From NCBI GenBank assembly GCA_947169155.1, contig CAMVON010000003.1:76285-140284 (forward strand): 64,000 nt of DNA. The letters are read 5' to 3'. Shown piece after piece: positions 35,893 to 44,658 of this stretch. The stretch is from an uncultured Clostridiaceae bacterium (GTDB taxonomy: Bacteria > Bacillota > Clostridia > TANB77 > CAG-465). The notes below the pieces were generated by a model that saw only the letters and a list, made by a program, of their open reading frames with translations, had not been told where the DNA came from and did no database searches. Both the position numbers and the translations under genes were made by a program. Every line of letters starts with the position of its first letter. Within the stretch, counting starts at the first letter, position 1.

Positions 35893-37179
35893 TTGGTAGG
35901 ATTATTAATAACTATTGTAAAACTATTAGTAATTATTCTTTGTGTTGCAACTATTCATGAATTTGGACATTTTCTAGCAAGTAAATGTTTAAAAACTGGA
36001 GTAGATGAATTCTCAATAGGATTTGGACCAAAGATTTTTCAAAAGAAATTTAAAGGTACAATGTATTCTTTAAGATGGTTACCACTTGGAGGATATTGTG
36101 CAATTGAAGGTGAAGGTGGAGAAGAATCTGAAGAAGATGAAAAGAATAAAAATAAAGAGCCTGCACCAACATCATATCAAGCAAGAAAATGGTGGGAGAA
36201 AATAATAATTCTTTCAATGGGAGTTATATTTAATTTCATCCTTGCAACTGTAGTATTCTTATGTGTTTATCTACCAGGTAATGTAGCTACAACTACAATA
36301 CAAGAGCTAAGTGAAGATTCAGTATTAATTGAAGCTGGTCTTCAAGCTGGAGATAAAATAGTAAGTATCAACGGAAAGAAAATTGAACTTTATAGCCAAT
36401 TATCTAATTATGAATTAAAATCTGGAGTTACAGATGTAACTATAGAATATGAAAGAGATGGTCAAGTTTATTCTACAGAAGTAAAAAATGCTCAAACAAA
36501 AGAAGGAAAAATTGGTATTACATTTGTTCAAAACGAAGAAGGTGTTAATACTAATGAGATAGAACTTGTTGGAGCAGGAACACCTGCAGCAAAAGTTGGA
36601 ATTAAATCTGGAGATATAATTTTATCTATAGATGATGTATCAACACCAGATGCGAAAAATATAGTACAAGAAATTAAAAATAAAGGCGATAAAGAAATTA
36701 AAGTAGTAGTTCAAAGAGGAGAAGAAACTAAAGAATTTAAACTTGTAGCAGAATCTAAAGAAGTTATGGATTTAGGTATAAGAAGTGTTGCAACAACAAA
36801 ATCTAGTGTTAAATACTCATTCATTGAAACTACAGAAAACATTAAAAATATTGTAGGATCATACGTTAAATTATTTACTGGAAAAGTATCAATAGGCAAC
36901 ATGTCTGGTATTGTTGGAATAGGTGAAGTTGTTTCAAAAAGTTCAGGACTTTTAAACTTCTTCTATCTAATGGCAATGATATCTATGGCAGTAGGTGTTG
37001 CAAACATACTTCCTTTCCCACCACTTGATGGAGGAAAAATAGTAATTGTATTAATTGAAGCTATTACTAGAAAGAAAGTATCAGAAAAGGTTGAACTAAT
37101 TATTTCATATATAGGTTTAGCATTACTTCTAGGCTTAACATTATTTGTAACCGTTAAAGATATAATTAGAATAATTTAG
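35893..37179 (+). CDS. rseP: RIP site-2 metalloprotease RseP/RasP (M50 family with two PDZ domains)
   Basis: 428 aa; TTG start after GGAGG; HEFGHF zinc motif; PDZ segments ..GLQAGDKIVSINGKKI.. and ..GIKSGDIILSIDD..; ..NILPFPPLDGG.. motif. Confidence 0.9.
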   Translation: MVGLLITIVKLLVIILCVATIHEFGHFLASKCLKTGVDEFSIGFGPKIFQKKFKGTMYSLRWLPLGGYCAIEGEGGEESEEDEKNKNKEPAPTSYQARKWWEKIIILSMGVIFNFILATVVFLCVYLPGNVATTTIQELSEDSVLIEAGLQAGDKIVSINGKKIELYSQLSNYELKSGVTDVTIEYERDGQVYSTEVKNAQTKEGKIGITFVQNEEGVNTNEIELVGAGTPAAKVGIKSGDIILSIDDVSTPDAKNIVQEIKNKGDKEIKVVVQRGEETKEFKLVAESKEVMDLGIRSVATTKSSVKYSFIETTENIKNIVGSYVKLFTGKVSIGNMSGIVGIGEVVSKSSGLLNFFYLMAMISMAVGVANILPFPPLDGGKIVIVLIEAITRKKVSEKVELIISYIGLALLLGLTLFVTVKDIIRII

Positions 37180-37190
37180 GAGGGATTTAT

Positions 37191-37448
37191 ATGGTAGCAA
37201 ATTATACTGTATTAATTTTTGCAGCAATAGCTGTAATTGTAATTGCAAAACTTCTAGCATGGCCAGTAAAGAAAATAATAAAACTTGCAATTAACTGTGC
37301 AATAGGTGCACTACTTGTATTTTTAGTAAATACATTTGGTGGTGCAATAGGAATATCTATTCCATTTAATATTATAACTGCATTAATTGCTGGTGTATTT
37401 GGAGTTCCTGGAGTTATATTCTTAGTAATTTTAGGATTCTTCATATAA
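37191..37448 (+). CDS. bofA: BofA-family pro-sigma-K processing inhibitor
   Basis: 85 aa; AGGAGGG RBS; starts 11 nt after the rseP stop; two or three TM helices with BofA-type ..INCAIGALLVFLVN.. and ..ITALIAGVFGVPGV.. Confidence 0.8.
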   Translation: MVANYTVLIFAAIAVIVIAKLLAWPVKKIIKLAINCAIGALLVFLVNTFGGAIGISIPFNIITALIAGVFGVPGVIFLVILGFFI

Positions 37449-37531
37449 TACAAATTTAAATATAAAAAACAAATAAAAAGACATATTGTATATTAAATTC
37501 ATTAATTACCAAAATATTATTAGGTGATTAT

Positions 37532-37999
37532 ATGAAAAAAATAGCAATATGTCTCTTTTTATGCCTACTTTTAATAGCAACTATTGTATATTCTAAAGAG
37601 GCACAAAGTTCAATTTATACAGATGTACCATCATCAGATAATATGGTAGAACTTTTAGCAAGACTAATTAATGCAGAAGCAAGAGGAGAAAGTTACTCAG
37701 GTCAAGTAGCAGTAGGTGCAGTAATAATGAATAGAGTAAAAAGTCCACTATTTCCAAATACAATTGCAGGTGTAATTTATTCTCCTGGACAATTTTCCTC
37801 TGTTGCAGATGGTCAAATCAATCTACCAATTGAAGAAGACTCAAGTGTATATATGGCAGCACAAGATGCAATAAATGGTGTAGATCCAACTTCAGGCGCC
37901 CTTTATTTCTATAACCCAAGCAAGACAAAATCTAAATGGCTTTTCTCACTACAAACGGTAACAACAATAGGAAAACATGTATTTGCAAAGGAGAGATAA
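37532..37999 (+). CDS. sleB: SleB/CwlJ-family spore cortex-lytic enzyme (catalytic domain only, with signal peptide)
   Basis: 155 aa; signal peptide; hydrolase_2 motifs ..LARLINAEARGE.. ..VAVGAVIMNRV.. ..PGQFS..; followed by ypeB. Confidence 0.8.
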   Translation: MKKIAICLFLCLLLIATIVYSKEAQSSIYTDVPSSDNMVELLARLINAEARGESYSGQVAVGAVIMNRVKSPLFPNTIAGVIYSPGQFSSVADGQINLPIEEDSSVYMAAQDAINGVDPTSGALYFYNPSKTKSKWLFSLQTVTTIGKHVFAKER

Positions 38000-39357
38000 T
38001 GGAAAAGTTTGAAAAACTAGTAATAAGAATAAAAGAAAAGCTTGGAGATAAAAAAGTTGGAATAATATATTTTGCAATAATAGCAATAATAACATTATTT
38101 TTTATGAACATTCTTAAAGGATATAAAATTGAAAGACAAGAAAGAGAAGATTCATATAATAAGGCACTATATAACTTTATTGGAGATATAAGTAATATAA
38201 AAAATGAGATGTTAAAACTTAAAATAACTACAAATGATACATATACTTTAACAACATTAGCAAGTGTTTTTGCAAAAGCTAACAGTAGTATATCTAACTT
38301 GTCTACACTGCCTTTATCACCAAACATAACAGAAAAAATAAATATGTATCTAACTCAAACTAGTGATTATTCATATACACTTATGCGAGCAATTTTAAAT
38401 AGTCAAGAATTAAAAGAAGATGATATAAGACAAAATATAGATTTGTTGTATAACAAAATAGACGAGCTAGATAAAGCATTAAATTCTTTATACATACAAA
38501 TAAATGAAAAAGGAATAAAATGGAACGAGTTAAAAGAAGAAGGGGATAATATATTAAATGATCAAATAACAGATATAGATAGTACAACAAGTGGTAAAAT
38601 AATAAAACCATTTACAGACTATGAAGGCATCATTTATGACGGAGCATTTTCAAATCATATATTGTCTTTAAAGCCAAAATCGCTATCAGATAGAATAATT
38701 TCACAAGAAGAAGGAGAAAGCCTTTTAAAAGACAAATTTGAAACGATGAACGTACAATTTATTGAAGAACTAAACGGACAAATTGAATTATACAAGTACA
38801 AGGTAGATGAAAATGAAGTATATATAACAAAACAAGATGGAAAACTATACCAAATGATAGGAAACAGAAAAGTTGAAGAAAAGAAAATTGAAAGTAAAGA
38901 GGCAATAGATAATGCAAAAGAGTTCCTAAAAAAATGGAACATAGAAAGCATAGAACAAACATATTACCAAGAAATGGATAATACTCTAACAATTTCTTTT
39001 GCAGCAATTCAAGATAATGTAATTTGCTACTCAGATTTAATAAAAGTTAAAGTCGCACTAGACAATGGCAAAATATTAATGGTAGAAGCTAATGGGTATA
39101 TATTTAACAATCATCTGAGGGTAATTAATCCTGTTAACACAGAACAAACAGCAAAAGAAAAAATAAATCCAAACTTAAATATAGAAAAAACAAGACTTGC
39201 TCTTATTCCAACTGAATCTAAAGATGAAGTATTATGTTATGAATTCTTAGGAAGCATAGAAGATAAGAAATTTTTAGTATATATAAATACAGCTAGTCTA
39301 ATTACAGAAAAAATTTATATATTACTAGATACACAAGGTGGTACTCTTGCAATTTAG
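37999..39357 (+). CDS. ypeB: Germination protein YpeB
   Basis: 452 aa from ATG 37999, which overlaps the sleB TAA by 1 nt (TAATG); N-terminal TM; YpeB-like body and C-terminal PepSY-type repeats; canonical sleB-ypeB pairing. Confidence 0.8.
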   Translation: MEKFEKLVIRIKEKLGDKKVGIIYFAIIAIITLFFMNILKGYKIERQEREDSYNKALYNFIGDISNIKNEMLKLKITTNDTYTLTTLASVFAKANSSISNLSTLPLSPNITEKINMYLTQTSDYSYTLMRAILNSQELKEDDIRQNIDLLYNKIDELDKALNSLYIQINEKGIKWNELKEEGDNILNDQITDIDSTTSGKIIKPFTDYEGIIYDGAFSNHILSLKPKSLSDRIISQEEGESLLKDKFETMNVQFIEELNGQIELYKYKVDENEVYITKQDGKLYQMIGNRKVEEKKIESKEAIDNAKEFLKKWNIESIEQTYYQEMDNTLTISFAAIQDNVICYSDLIKVKVALDNGKILMVEANGYIFNNHLRVINPVNTEQTAKEKINPNLNIEKTRLALIPTESKDEVLCYEFLGSIEDKKFLVYINTASLITEKIYILLDTQGGTLAI

Positions 39358-39391
39358 TATTAAAATATGATATATAATAATTGGTGATATT

Positions 39392-40465
39392 ATGATACAA
39401 AATGCAATGAAATGTAAATTTTCATCTAAAGATTTATTTGCTGCCAAAAGAAATGAAGATGGTATGCTAGAGTTAGATGAAATGATAGGTGACTTTCCAA
39501 CATATTCAAGAGAAAAAGTAGGTACAGCAGAAAGACAAAAGAACTGGTTTGAAACAAAAGATGGAAAACAATATATGTTAAAAACTAGTGTAGATAGAAT
39601 AGATAACTATTCACATTATGCAGAATTAATAGCTATGAAACTTGCTCGTCAAGTTGGACTTGGATATGCAAATTATGATTTAGTAAAATATGATGGAAAA
39701 GTTGGCGTAATAACAGAGTCAATACTAGAAAAAGAAGATGATGTATTACTAAGCTTTGAAGATTTAATTGGAACATCAATGGCTCATCCAGACAATCCAT
39801 CAATAATAGATTATCCAGATTCAATGAGAATGCTTGCAAAATCTTTAAAAGAAAATGGATATAGTGAACAAACTCAAAAGAAAATAATAAAAGACCTTGG
39901 AAAACTTCGTGTTTTCGATTTTCTAGTAGGTGCAGAAGATAGACATACAGAAAATATAGGCTTTATGGCAAACAAAAAAGATAAAACAAAACTTGAAGTA
40001 TCTAAAATATTTGATACAGAAAATTCACTACTATTAGCAGATCATGTAGAAGATGTAATGGCTTATGCTTTTGATCCAAAACGTTGTGAACAAGCAGCAA
40101 AAGATGTAATTCCAAAAGTTGCACTTGTTCCAAACGAAGATGCACAAGGAGAAGAAATAGCAGATGCAACTTTAGAAGTTACATTAAGTGATGATTTCGA
40201 ACTAGAAGATTTTCTATCATATGCTACAGAAACAATGGATGTAGATAAAGCAACAAAAGAACTAGAAGAAGAACTTGGTACAACATTACCTATAGAGGTT
40301 AAAAGGGTTGCTAAAGCAGTACTTGAAACAAATAAAAGACGTGCAAAAGATTATCTATATGGTGAAATGGAAGTAGACTACGATTCAGATTATATAGATA
40401 AGAATAAACAGATAATAAATGATGTAAGAGAAAAGCAAAAGAAAGACATTGAAGATATTGACTAG
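39392..40465 (+). CDS. HipA-family Ser/Thr kinase core with a long acidic C-terminal extension
   Basis: 357 aa; catalytic-loop-like ..FLVGAEDRHTENIGF.. (compare HipA D-x-H-x-x-N), downstream ..KIFDTENS..; ..HYAELIAMKLARQVGLGYANYDLVKYDGKVGVITESI.. resembles the HipA core; lacks a HipA N-terminal subdomain. Confidence 0.65.
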   Translation: MIQNAMKCKFSSKDLFAAKRNEDGMLELDEMIGDFPTYSREKVGTAERQKNWFETKDGKQYMLKTSVDRIDNYSHYAELIAMKLARQVGLGYANYDLVKYDGKVGVITESILEKEDDVLLSFEDLIGTSMAHPDNPSIIDYPDSMRMLAKSLKENGYSEQTQKKIIKDLGKLRVFDFLVGAEDRHTENIGFMANKKDKTKLEVSKIFDTENSLLLADHVEDVMAYAFDPKRCEQAAKDVIPKVALVPNEDAQGEEIADATLEVTLSDDFELEDFLSYATETMDVDKATKELEEELGTTLPIEVKRVAKAVLETNKRRAKDYLYGEMEVDYDSDYIDKNKQIINDVREKQKKDIEDID

Positions 40466-40479
40466 GGTTTACATAAACA

Positions 40480-40508
40480 TTGACTTTTATACTAAATTAT
40501 GTTATAAT
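40480..40508 (+). promoter_or_regulatory. Sigma-A consensus promoter with extended -10, private to the HipS-like gene
   Basis: TTGACT (40480-40485), exactly 17 nt, TG-TATAAT (40503-40508). Confidence 0.65.
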
Positions 40509-40561
40509 ACTTATTGACATCATTTAATATGAAAGGAAAATTAACGAATGGGGGTTTTGTT

Positions 40562-40822
40562 ATGAAGTACAAAGTAATGTATGATGGAATAGTGATCGGA
40601 ATGTACAACGTTATTAGTAACAGTTGTGTTGAATATACAATAGATAAAAATGGAATAGATGAGTTAAAAAAGAAAGGTATTGAAGTTTTACCAATGATTT
40701 CAAAAGATTATACAGGTAAAAGTTTTCCATTCTTTGATAACAGAATCAGGAACTGTAAACGTTTCGAAGGGGTATCTATTGGATATCAAACCGATCCTGT
40801 TGTATTAGAAGAGATGAGTTAA
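40562..40822 (+). CDS. Stand-alone HipA-N-terminal-subdomain (HipS-like) protein
   Basis: 86 aa from ATG 40562 (GGGGG 8 nt upstream; the TTG at 40514 would precede the predicted TSS); MKYKVMYDGIVIGMYNV.. and ..KSFPFFDNRIRN.. resemble the start and the FFDNLLP-type motif of HipA N-terminal domains. Confidence 0.55.
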   Translation: MKYKVMYDGIVIGMYNVISNSCVEYTIDKNGIDELKKKGIEVLPMISKDYTGKSFPFFDNRIRNCKRFEGVSIGYQTDPVVLEEMS

Positions 40823-40840
40823 AAACTCATCTCTCTTTTT
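40810..40840 (+). terminator. Rho-independent terminator overlapping the stop codon
   Basis: Stem AGAGATGAGTT (40810-40820) / AACTCATCTCT (40824-40834) followed by TTTTT. Confidence 0.8.
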
Positions 40841-40930
40841 ATATTTTTTTAACCAAAATTTCATTGCAATACTATACCCTTTTTGATATAATAACCATAG
40901 TAAAAACAAACAAAGGTTTAGAGGTGAAAT

Positions 40931-41650
40931 ATGGAGTATATTTTAATTGACCCTAGGATGAGAAATGTGGAAAAAAACACATTAAAATACCTAGGATATG
41001 AGTTAGTACCAATACAAAGAAGCAATAATGTATATCCAGAAATATCTTCTCATGTAGATATTTTTACTACAAAAATTGGAGATACATTAGTAGTAGAAAA
41101 GTCTCAGTTTGAAGACTTAACTTTTATGCTTAAAAAGAGTGAATATAATATCGTATGTGGTAAAGAGCAAATTGAAATGCATTATCCAGATGATATCAAA
41201 TATAATGTAGCAATAATTGGAAACTATGCTGTACATAATTTTAAATATACAGATAAAAAAGTATTAAAACTACTTCAAGAAGGTGGCTACGAGCTAATTG
41301 ATGTTGAACAAGGATATACAAATTGTTCTATAGCGGTAATAGATGATACAAGTGTAATTACAACAGACAAAAAAATAGCAGAAAGACTAAGAGCAAATAA
41401 CCTTAGTGTGCTACTTCTAGACTACACTCCAGATATAAAGCTACTAGATGAACACGGAAGATATAGCTCAATGCAAGGTTTTATTGGTGGAGCAATTGGA
41501 AAAGTAGATAACAACATCATTATATTTGGTGATTTAGAAAAAATAGATAGAGATGGACAAATACGTAAGTTTATAACAGATAGACATTTAACAATAGTTG
41601 AGTTTAATGGACTAGATGTAATAGATTACGGCGGAATATTAGAGGTGTAA
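40931..41650 (+). CDS. Uncharacterised protein, possibly amidinotransferase/GME-fold-like (DUF6873-like, tentative)
   Basis: 239 aa; GAGGTGA RBS; ..HYPDDIKYNVAIIG.. and ..EQGYTNCSIAVI.. recall guanidino-modifying-enzyme folds; no C-terminal catalytic Cys seen; stop is 1 nt before pcrA. Confidence 0.45.
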   Translation: MEYILIDPRMRNVEKNTLKYLGYELVPIQRSNNVYPEISSHVDIFTTKIGDTLVVEKSQFEDLTFMLKKSEYNIVCGKEQIEMHYPDDIKYNVAIIGNYAVHNFKYTDKKVLKLLQEGGYELIDVEQGYTNCSIAVIDDTSVITTDKKIAERLRANNLSVLLLDYTPDIKLLDEHGRYSSMQGFIGGAIGKVDNNIIIFGDLEKIDRDGQIRKFITDRHLTIVEFNGLDVIDYGGILEV

Positions 41651-41651
41651 A

Positions 41652-43961
41652 ATGAGCGATTTATTAAATGGACTAAATGACAGACAAAAAGAAGCGGTTG
41701 AATACTTAGATGGACCACTTCTAATACTTGCAGGTGCAGGTTCAGGAAAAACTAGAGTTTTAACATATAAGATTGCATATTTACTTGAGAAAAAAATAGT
41801 AAAACCTTGGGAAATACTAGCAATCACTTTTACAAATAAAGCAGCAAAAGAAATGAAAGAAAGAGTAGAAGGATTAGTTGGAGCAGAGGCACAAGATATG
41901 TGGCTTGGAACTTTCCACTCAGTATGTGTAAGAATTCTAAAAAGAGAAATAGAACTATTAGGTTATAGTCGTGACTTCAATATTTTTGATGAAATAGACA
42001 AAGATAAAGTAATAAAAGAAGTTATGAAAAAACTTAATATTGACGATAAAATATATCCTACAGGACTAATTAAAGCAGAAATTTCAAAAGCAAAAGAAGT
42101 CATGAAGGATGATAAACAATATGCAAAAGACGCTCAGGGAGACTTTAGAAAAGAAGAAATAGCTAAAGTATATACAATGTATCAACAAACACTAAGAACA
42201 AATAACTCAATAGATTTTGATGATATCATAATGCTTACAGTACAACTTTTTTTAGAGCATCCAGATAGACTAGAATACTACCAAGAAAAATATAAATACG
42301 TTCTAGTAGATGAGTATCAAGATACAAACAAAACTCAATTTTTACTTATCTCACTTTTAACAGCAGGAACAGGAAATATTTGTGTAGTAGGAGATGAATC
42401 TCAATCTATTTATGGATTTAGAGGTGCAGATATAACAAATATTCTAAACTTTGAAAAAGAATTCCCTAGTGCAAAAATAATAAAACTTGAAGAGAACTAC
42501 AGAAGTACAAAAAATATTCTAAATGCAGCAAATGAAGTAATTAAGAATAACTCTTCTAAAATAGACAAAGTACTTTGGACACAAAACAAAGAAGGAGAAA
42601 AGATTAATTACAAAACTCTAAACAATGAGTATGAAGAAGTTGAGTATGTAGTAGAAACAATAGATGATTTATGCAGAAAAGAAAATAAAAAATACTCAGA
42701 CTTTGCAGTATTATTTAGAACTAATGCACAAGCTCGTGTACTTGAAGAAGTATTCATGAGAACAGGAACTCCATATAAATTAATTGGTGGAATTAAGTTC
42801 TATGCAAGAAAAGAAATAAAAGATATAATTAGTTACTTAAAATTAATAAACAATAAAAATGATAACATAGCGCTAAAACGTATTATAAATGAACCAAAAA
42901 GAGGAATTGGTGATACTGCTTTGGACAAGCTAGATCAAATGGCACAAGACAAGGGTGTATCAATATTTGAACTAATTCAAGATAACCTTAACCTAGCAGG
43001 ACTAAGAAGTGCAGGAAACATCATACTATTTAGAGATATGATGAATGATTTAATGTCTAACAAAGAAACATTCAAAGTATCAGATTTAATTAAAAGAGTA
43101 CTTAAAGTAAGTGGATACGAAGACATGTTAAATGCAGAAGGTACAAAAGAAACTGAAATCCGTTTTGAAAACTTAATGGAGTTTATTGGTGTTGCAATAG
43201 AGTTTGAAAATGAAAATGCAGAAAACACACTAGAAGACTTCCTAGATAGTATCGCATTAGTATCAGATGTAGATAACCTAGACGAATCAACTGAAGCAGT
43301 AACACTTATGACTATGCATAGTGCAAAAGGTCTAGAGTTTGATGATGTATTCTTGGTAGGAATGGAAGAGGGATTATTCCCATCTAAACGTTCAATAGAA
43401 GAAGATGCATCAACTGAAGAAGAAAGAAGACTTTGCTATGTTGCAATAACTCGTGCAAAAGATCAATTATTCTTAACAAATACTAAGAAACGTACACTTT
43501 ATGGTTCAACAAGTTTCTCACTTCCATCTAGATTTATAGATGAAATACCAGATAACTTACTTACAGAAGACTCAATTGAAAATAAAGAATCTAGAGGAAT
43601 AAAGAGACAATCATCATTCTTAGATGATGAATATAAAAGAGTTGAAACATATTTATCTAATAGAGATAGAGTACAAACAAGTCATAGCACAATGAAACCA
43701 CAAAACAAACCTAAAATTGGTGTAAGTGTTGAATCATTCTTAAAAAATCTTTCAGGAGCAACTGCTGCACCACAAAAGCAAATGCAACCTGGAGAAATGA
43801 AATACAAAGTTGGAATGGAAGTAAAACACAAAAAATTTGGTATTGGAACTATACAAAATATTGAGCCAGAAGGTGATGATTTCAAACTTGAAATTATGTT
43901 TGAAAACTCAGGTTTCAAACGTTTAATGGCAAACTTTACACCACTTGAAATAATAGAATAA
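41652..43961 (+). CDS. pcrA: ATP-dependent DNA helicase PcrA (UvrD family)
   Basis: 769 aa; ..LNDRQKEAV.. ..AGAGSGKTRVLT.., ..VDEYQDTN.., ..ENYRST.., ..MTMHSAKGLEF.., ..RRLCYVAITRAK..; C-terminal Tudor-like tail. Confidence 0.95.
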   Translation: MSDLLNGLNDRQKEAVEYLDGPLLILAGAGSGKTRVLTYKIAYLLEKKIVKPWEILAITFTNKAAKEMKERVEGLVGAEAQDMWLGTFHSVCVRILKREIELLGYSRDFNIFDEIDKDKVIKEVMKKLNIDDKIYPTGLIKAEISKAKEVMKDDKQYAKDAQGDFRKEEIAKVYTMYQQTLRTNNSIDFDDIIMLTVQLFLEHPDRLEYYQEKYKYVLVDEYQDTNKTQFLLISLLTAGTGNICVVGDESQSIYGFRGADITNILNFEKEFPSAKIIKLEENYRSTKNILNAANEVIKNNSSKIDKVLWTQNKEGEKINYKTLNNEYEEVEYVVETIDDLCRKENKKYSDFAVLFRTNAQARVLEEVFMRTGTPYKLIGGIKFYARKEIKDIISYLKLINNKNDNIALKRIINEPKRGIGDTALDKLDQMAQDKGVSIFELIQDNLNLAGLRSAGNIILFRDMMNDLMSNKETFKVSDLIKRVLKVSGYEDMLNAEGTKETEIRFENLMEFIGVAIEFENENAENTLEDFLDSIALVSDVDNLDESTEAVTLMTMHSAKGLEFDDVFLVGMEEGLFPSKRSIEEDASTEEERRLCYVAITRAKDQLFLTNTKKRTLYGSTSFSLPSRFIDEIPDNLLTEDSIENKESRGIKRQSSFLDDEYKRVETYLSNRDRVQTSHSTMKPQNKPKIGVSVESFLKNLSGATAAPQKQMQPGEMKYKVGMEVKHKKFGIGTIQNIEPEGDDFKLEIMFENSGFKRLMANFTPLEIIE

Positions 43962-43978
43962 AATAGGAGGGAGAAAAA

Positions 43979-44551
43979 ATGAAAAAGATAACTTTTGTTA
44001 CTACAAATAAAGGTAAAATTTCTACAGCAATGAATTATTTAGGAGATGCAAATATCGAGGTTGAACCATATAACTATGAACTAATTGAGCCTCGTACAGA
44101 TGACATTCAAGAAATAGCAAGACAAAAAGTATTACAAGCATATGATGTTGTAAAACAACCATGTATTGCAATGGATTCAGGTTTTTATATTGAAGCATTA
44201 AATGGATTCCCAAGAGCATTTGTAAACTTTGCACTAGATACAATAGGAACACAAGGAATACTAGATATTATGCGTGGAAAAGAGAATAGAAATTGTGCTT
44301 TCAAAGAATGTGTTGCATACTACGATGGAAAAGATATAAAATACTTTTTCTATGAACACAAAGGTACAGTAGCAGAAGAATATAGAGGACATGACAATGA
44401 AAAACAATGGTCACCTCTATGGCATATCTACAAAGATTCATTTGATCCTTCAAGAACACTATCTGAACTATCAGATGAAGAAATAGATGAACGTAGAAAA
44501 GTAACAGGTTCGTCACTTCAAGAATTTGCTAAATGGTTTAAAGAACAATAA
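43979..44551 (+). CDS. Ham1/ITPase-family non-canonical NTP pyrophosphatase-like protein
   Basis: 190 aa; GGAGGGAG RBS; ..ITFVTTNKGK.. start, ..EPRTDDIQEIARQK.., ..AMDSGFYIEALNGFP.. Confidence 0.7.
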   Translation: MKKITFVTTNKGKISTAMNYLGDANIEVEPYNYELIEPRTDDIQEIARQKVLQAYDVVKQPCIAMDSGFYIEALNGFPRAFVNFALDTIGTQGILDIMRGKENRNCAFKECVAYYDGKDIKYFFYEHKGTVAEEYRGHDNEKQWSPLWHIYKDSFDPSRTLSELSDEEIDERRKVTGSSLQEFAKWFKEQ

Positions 44552-44557
44552 TAATTT

Positions 44558-44588
44558 AAAGTTGGGAAGTAATTCTCAACTTTTTTTA
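44558..44588 (+). terminator. Rho-independent terminator
   Basis: Stem AAAGTTGGGAA / TTCTCAACTTT (one G-U pair) followed by TTTTT. Confidence 0.7.
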
Positions 44589-44595
44589 TTAAAAG

Positions 44596-44622
44596 TGTAA
44601 CAAACTAAAACTAATTAGTGTC
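44596..44622 (+). promoter_or_regulatory. Possible ECF-type (autoregulatory) promoter
   Basis: TGTAAC (44596-44601), 17 nt, TGTC (44619-44622); resembles the tGtAAC-N17-CGaC class of B. subtilis ECF promoters; 37 nt upstream of the sigma gene. Confidence 0.35.
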
Positions 44623-44658
44623 ATTATTGATGAAAGAATAACAAAAGTAGGTGAAAGT

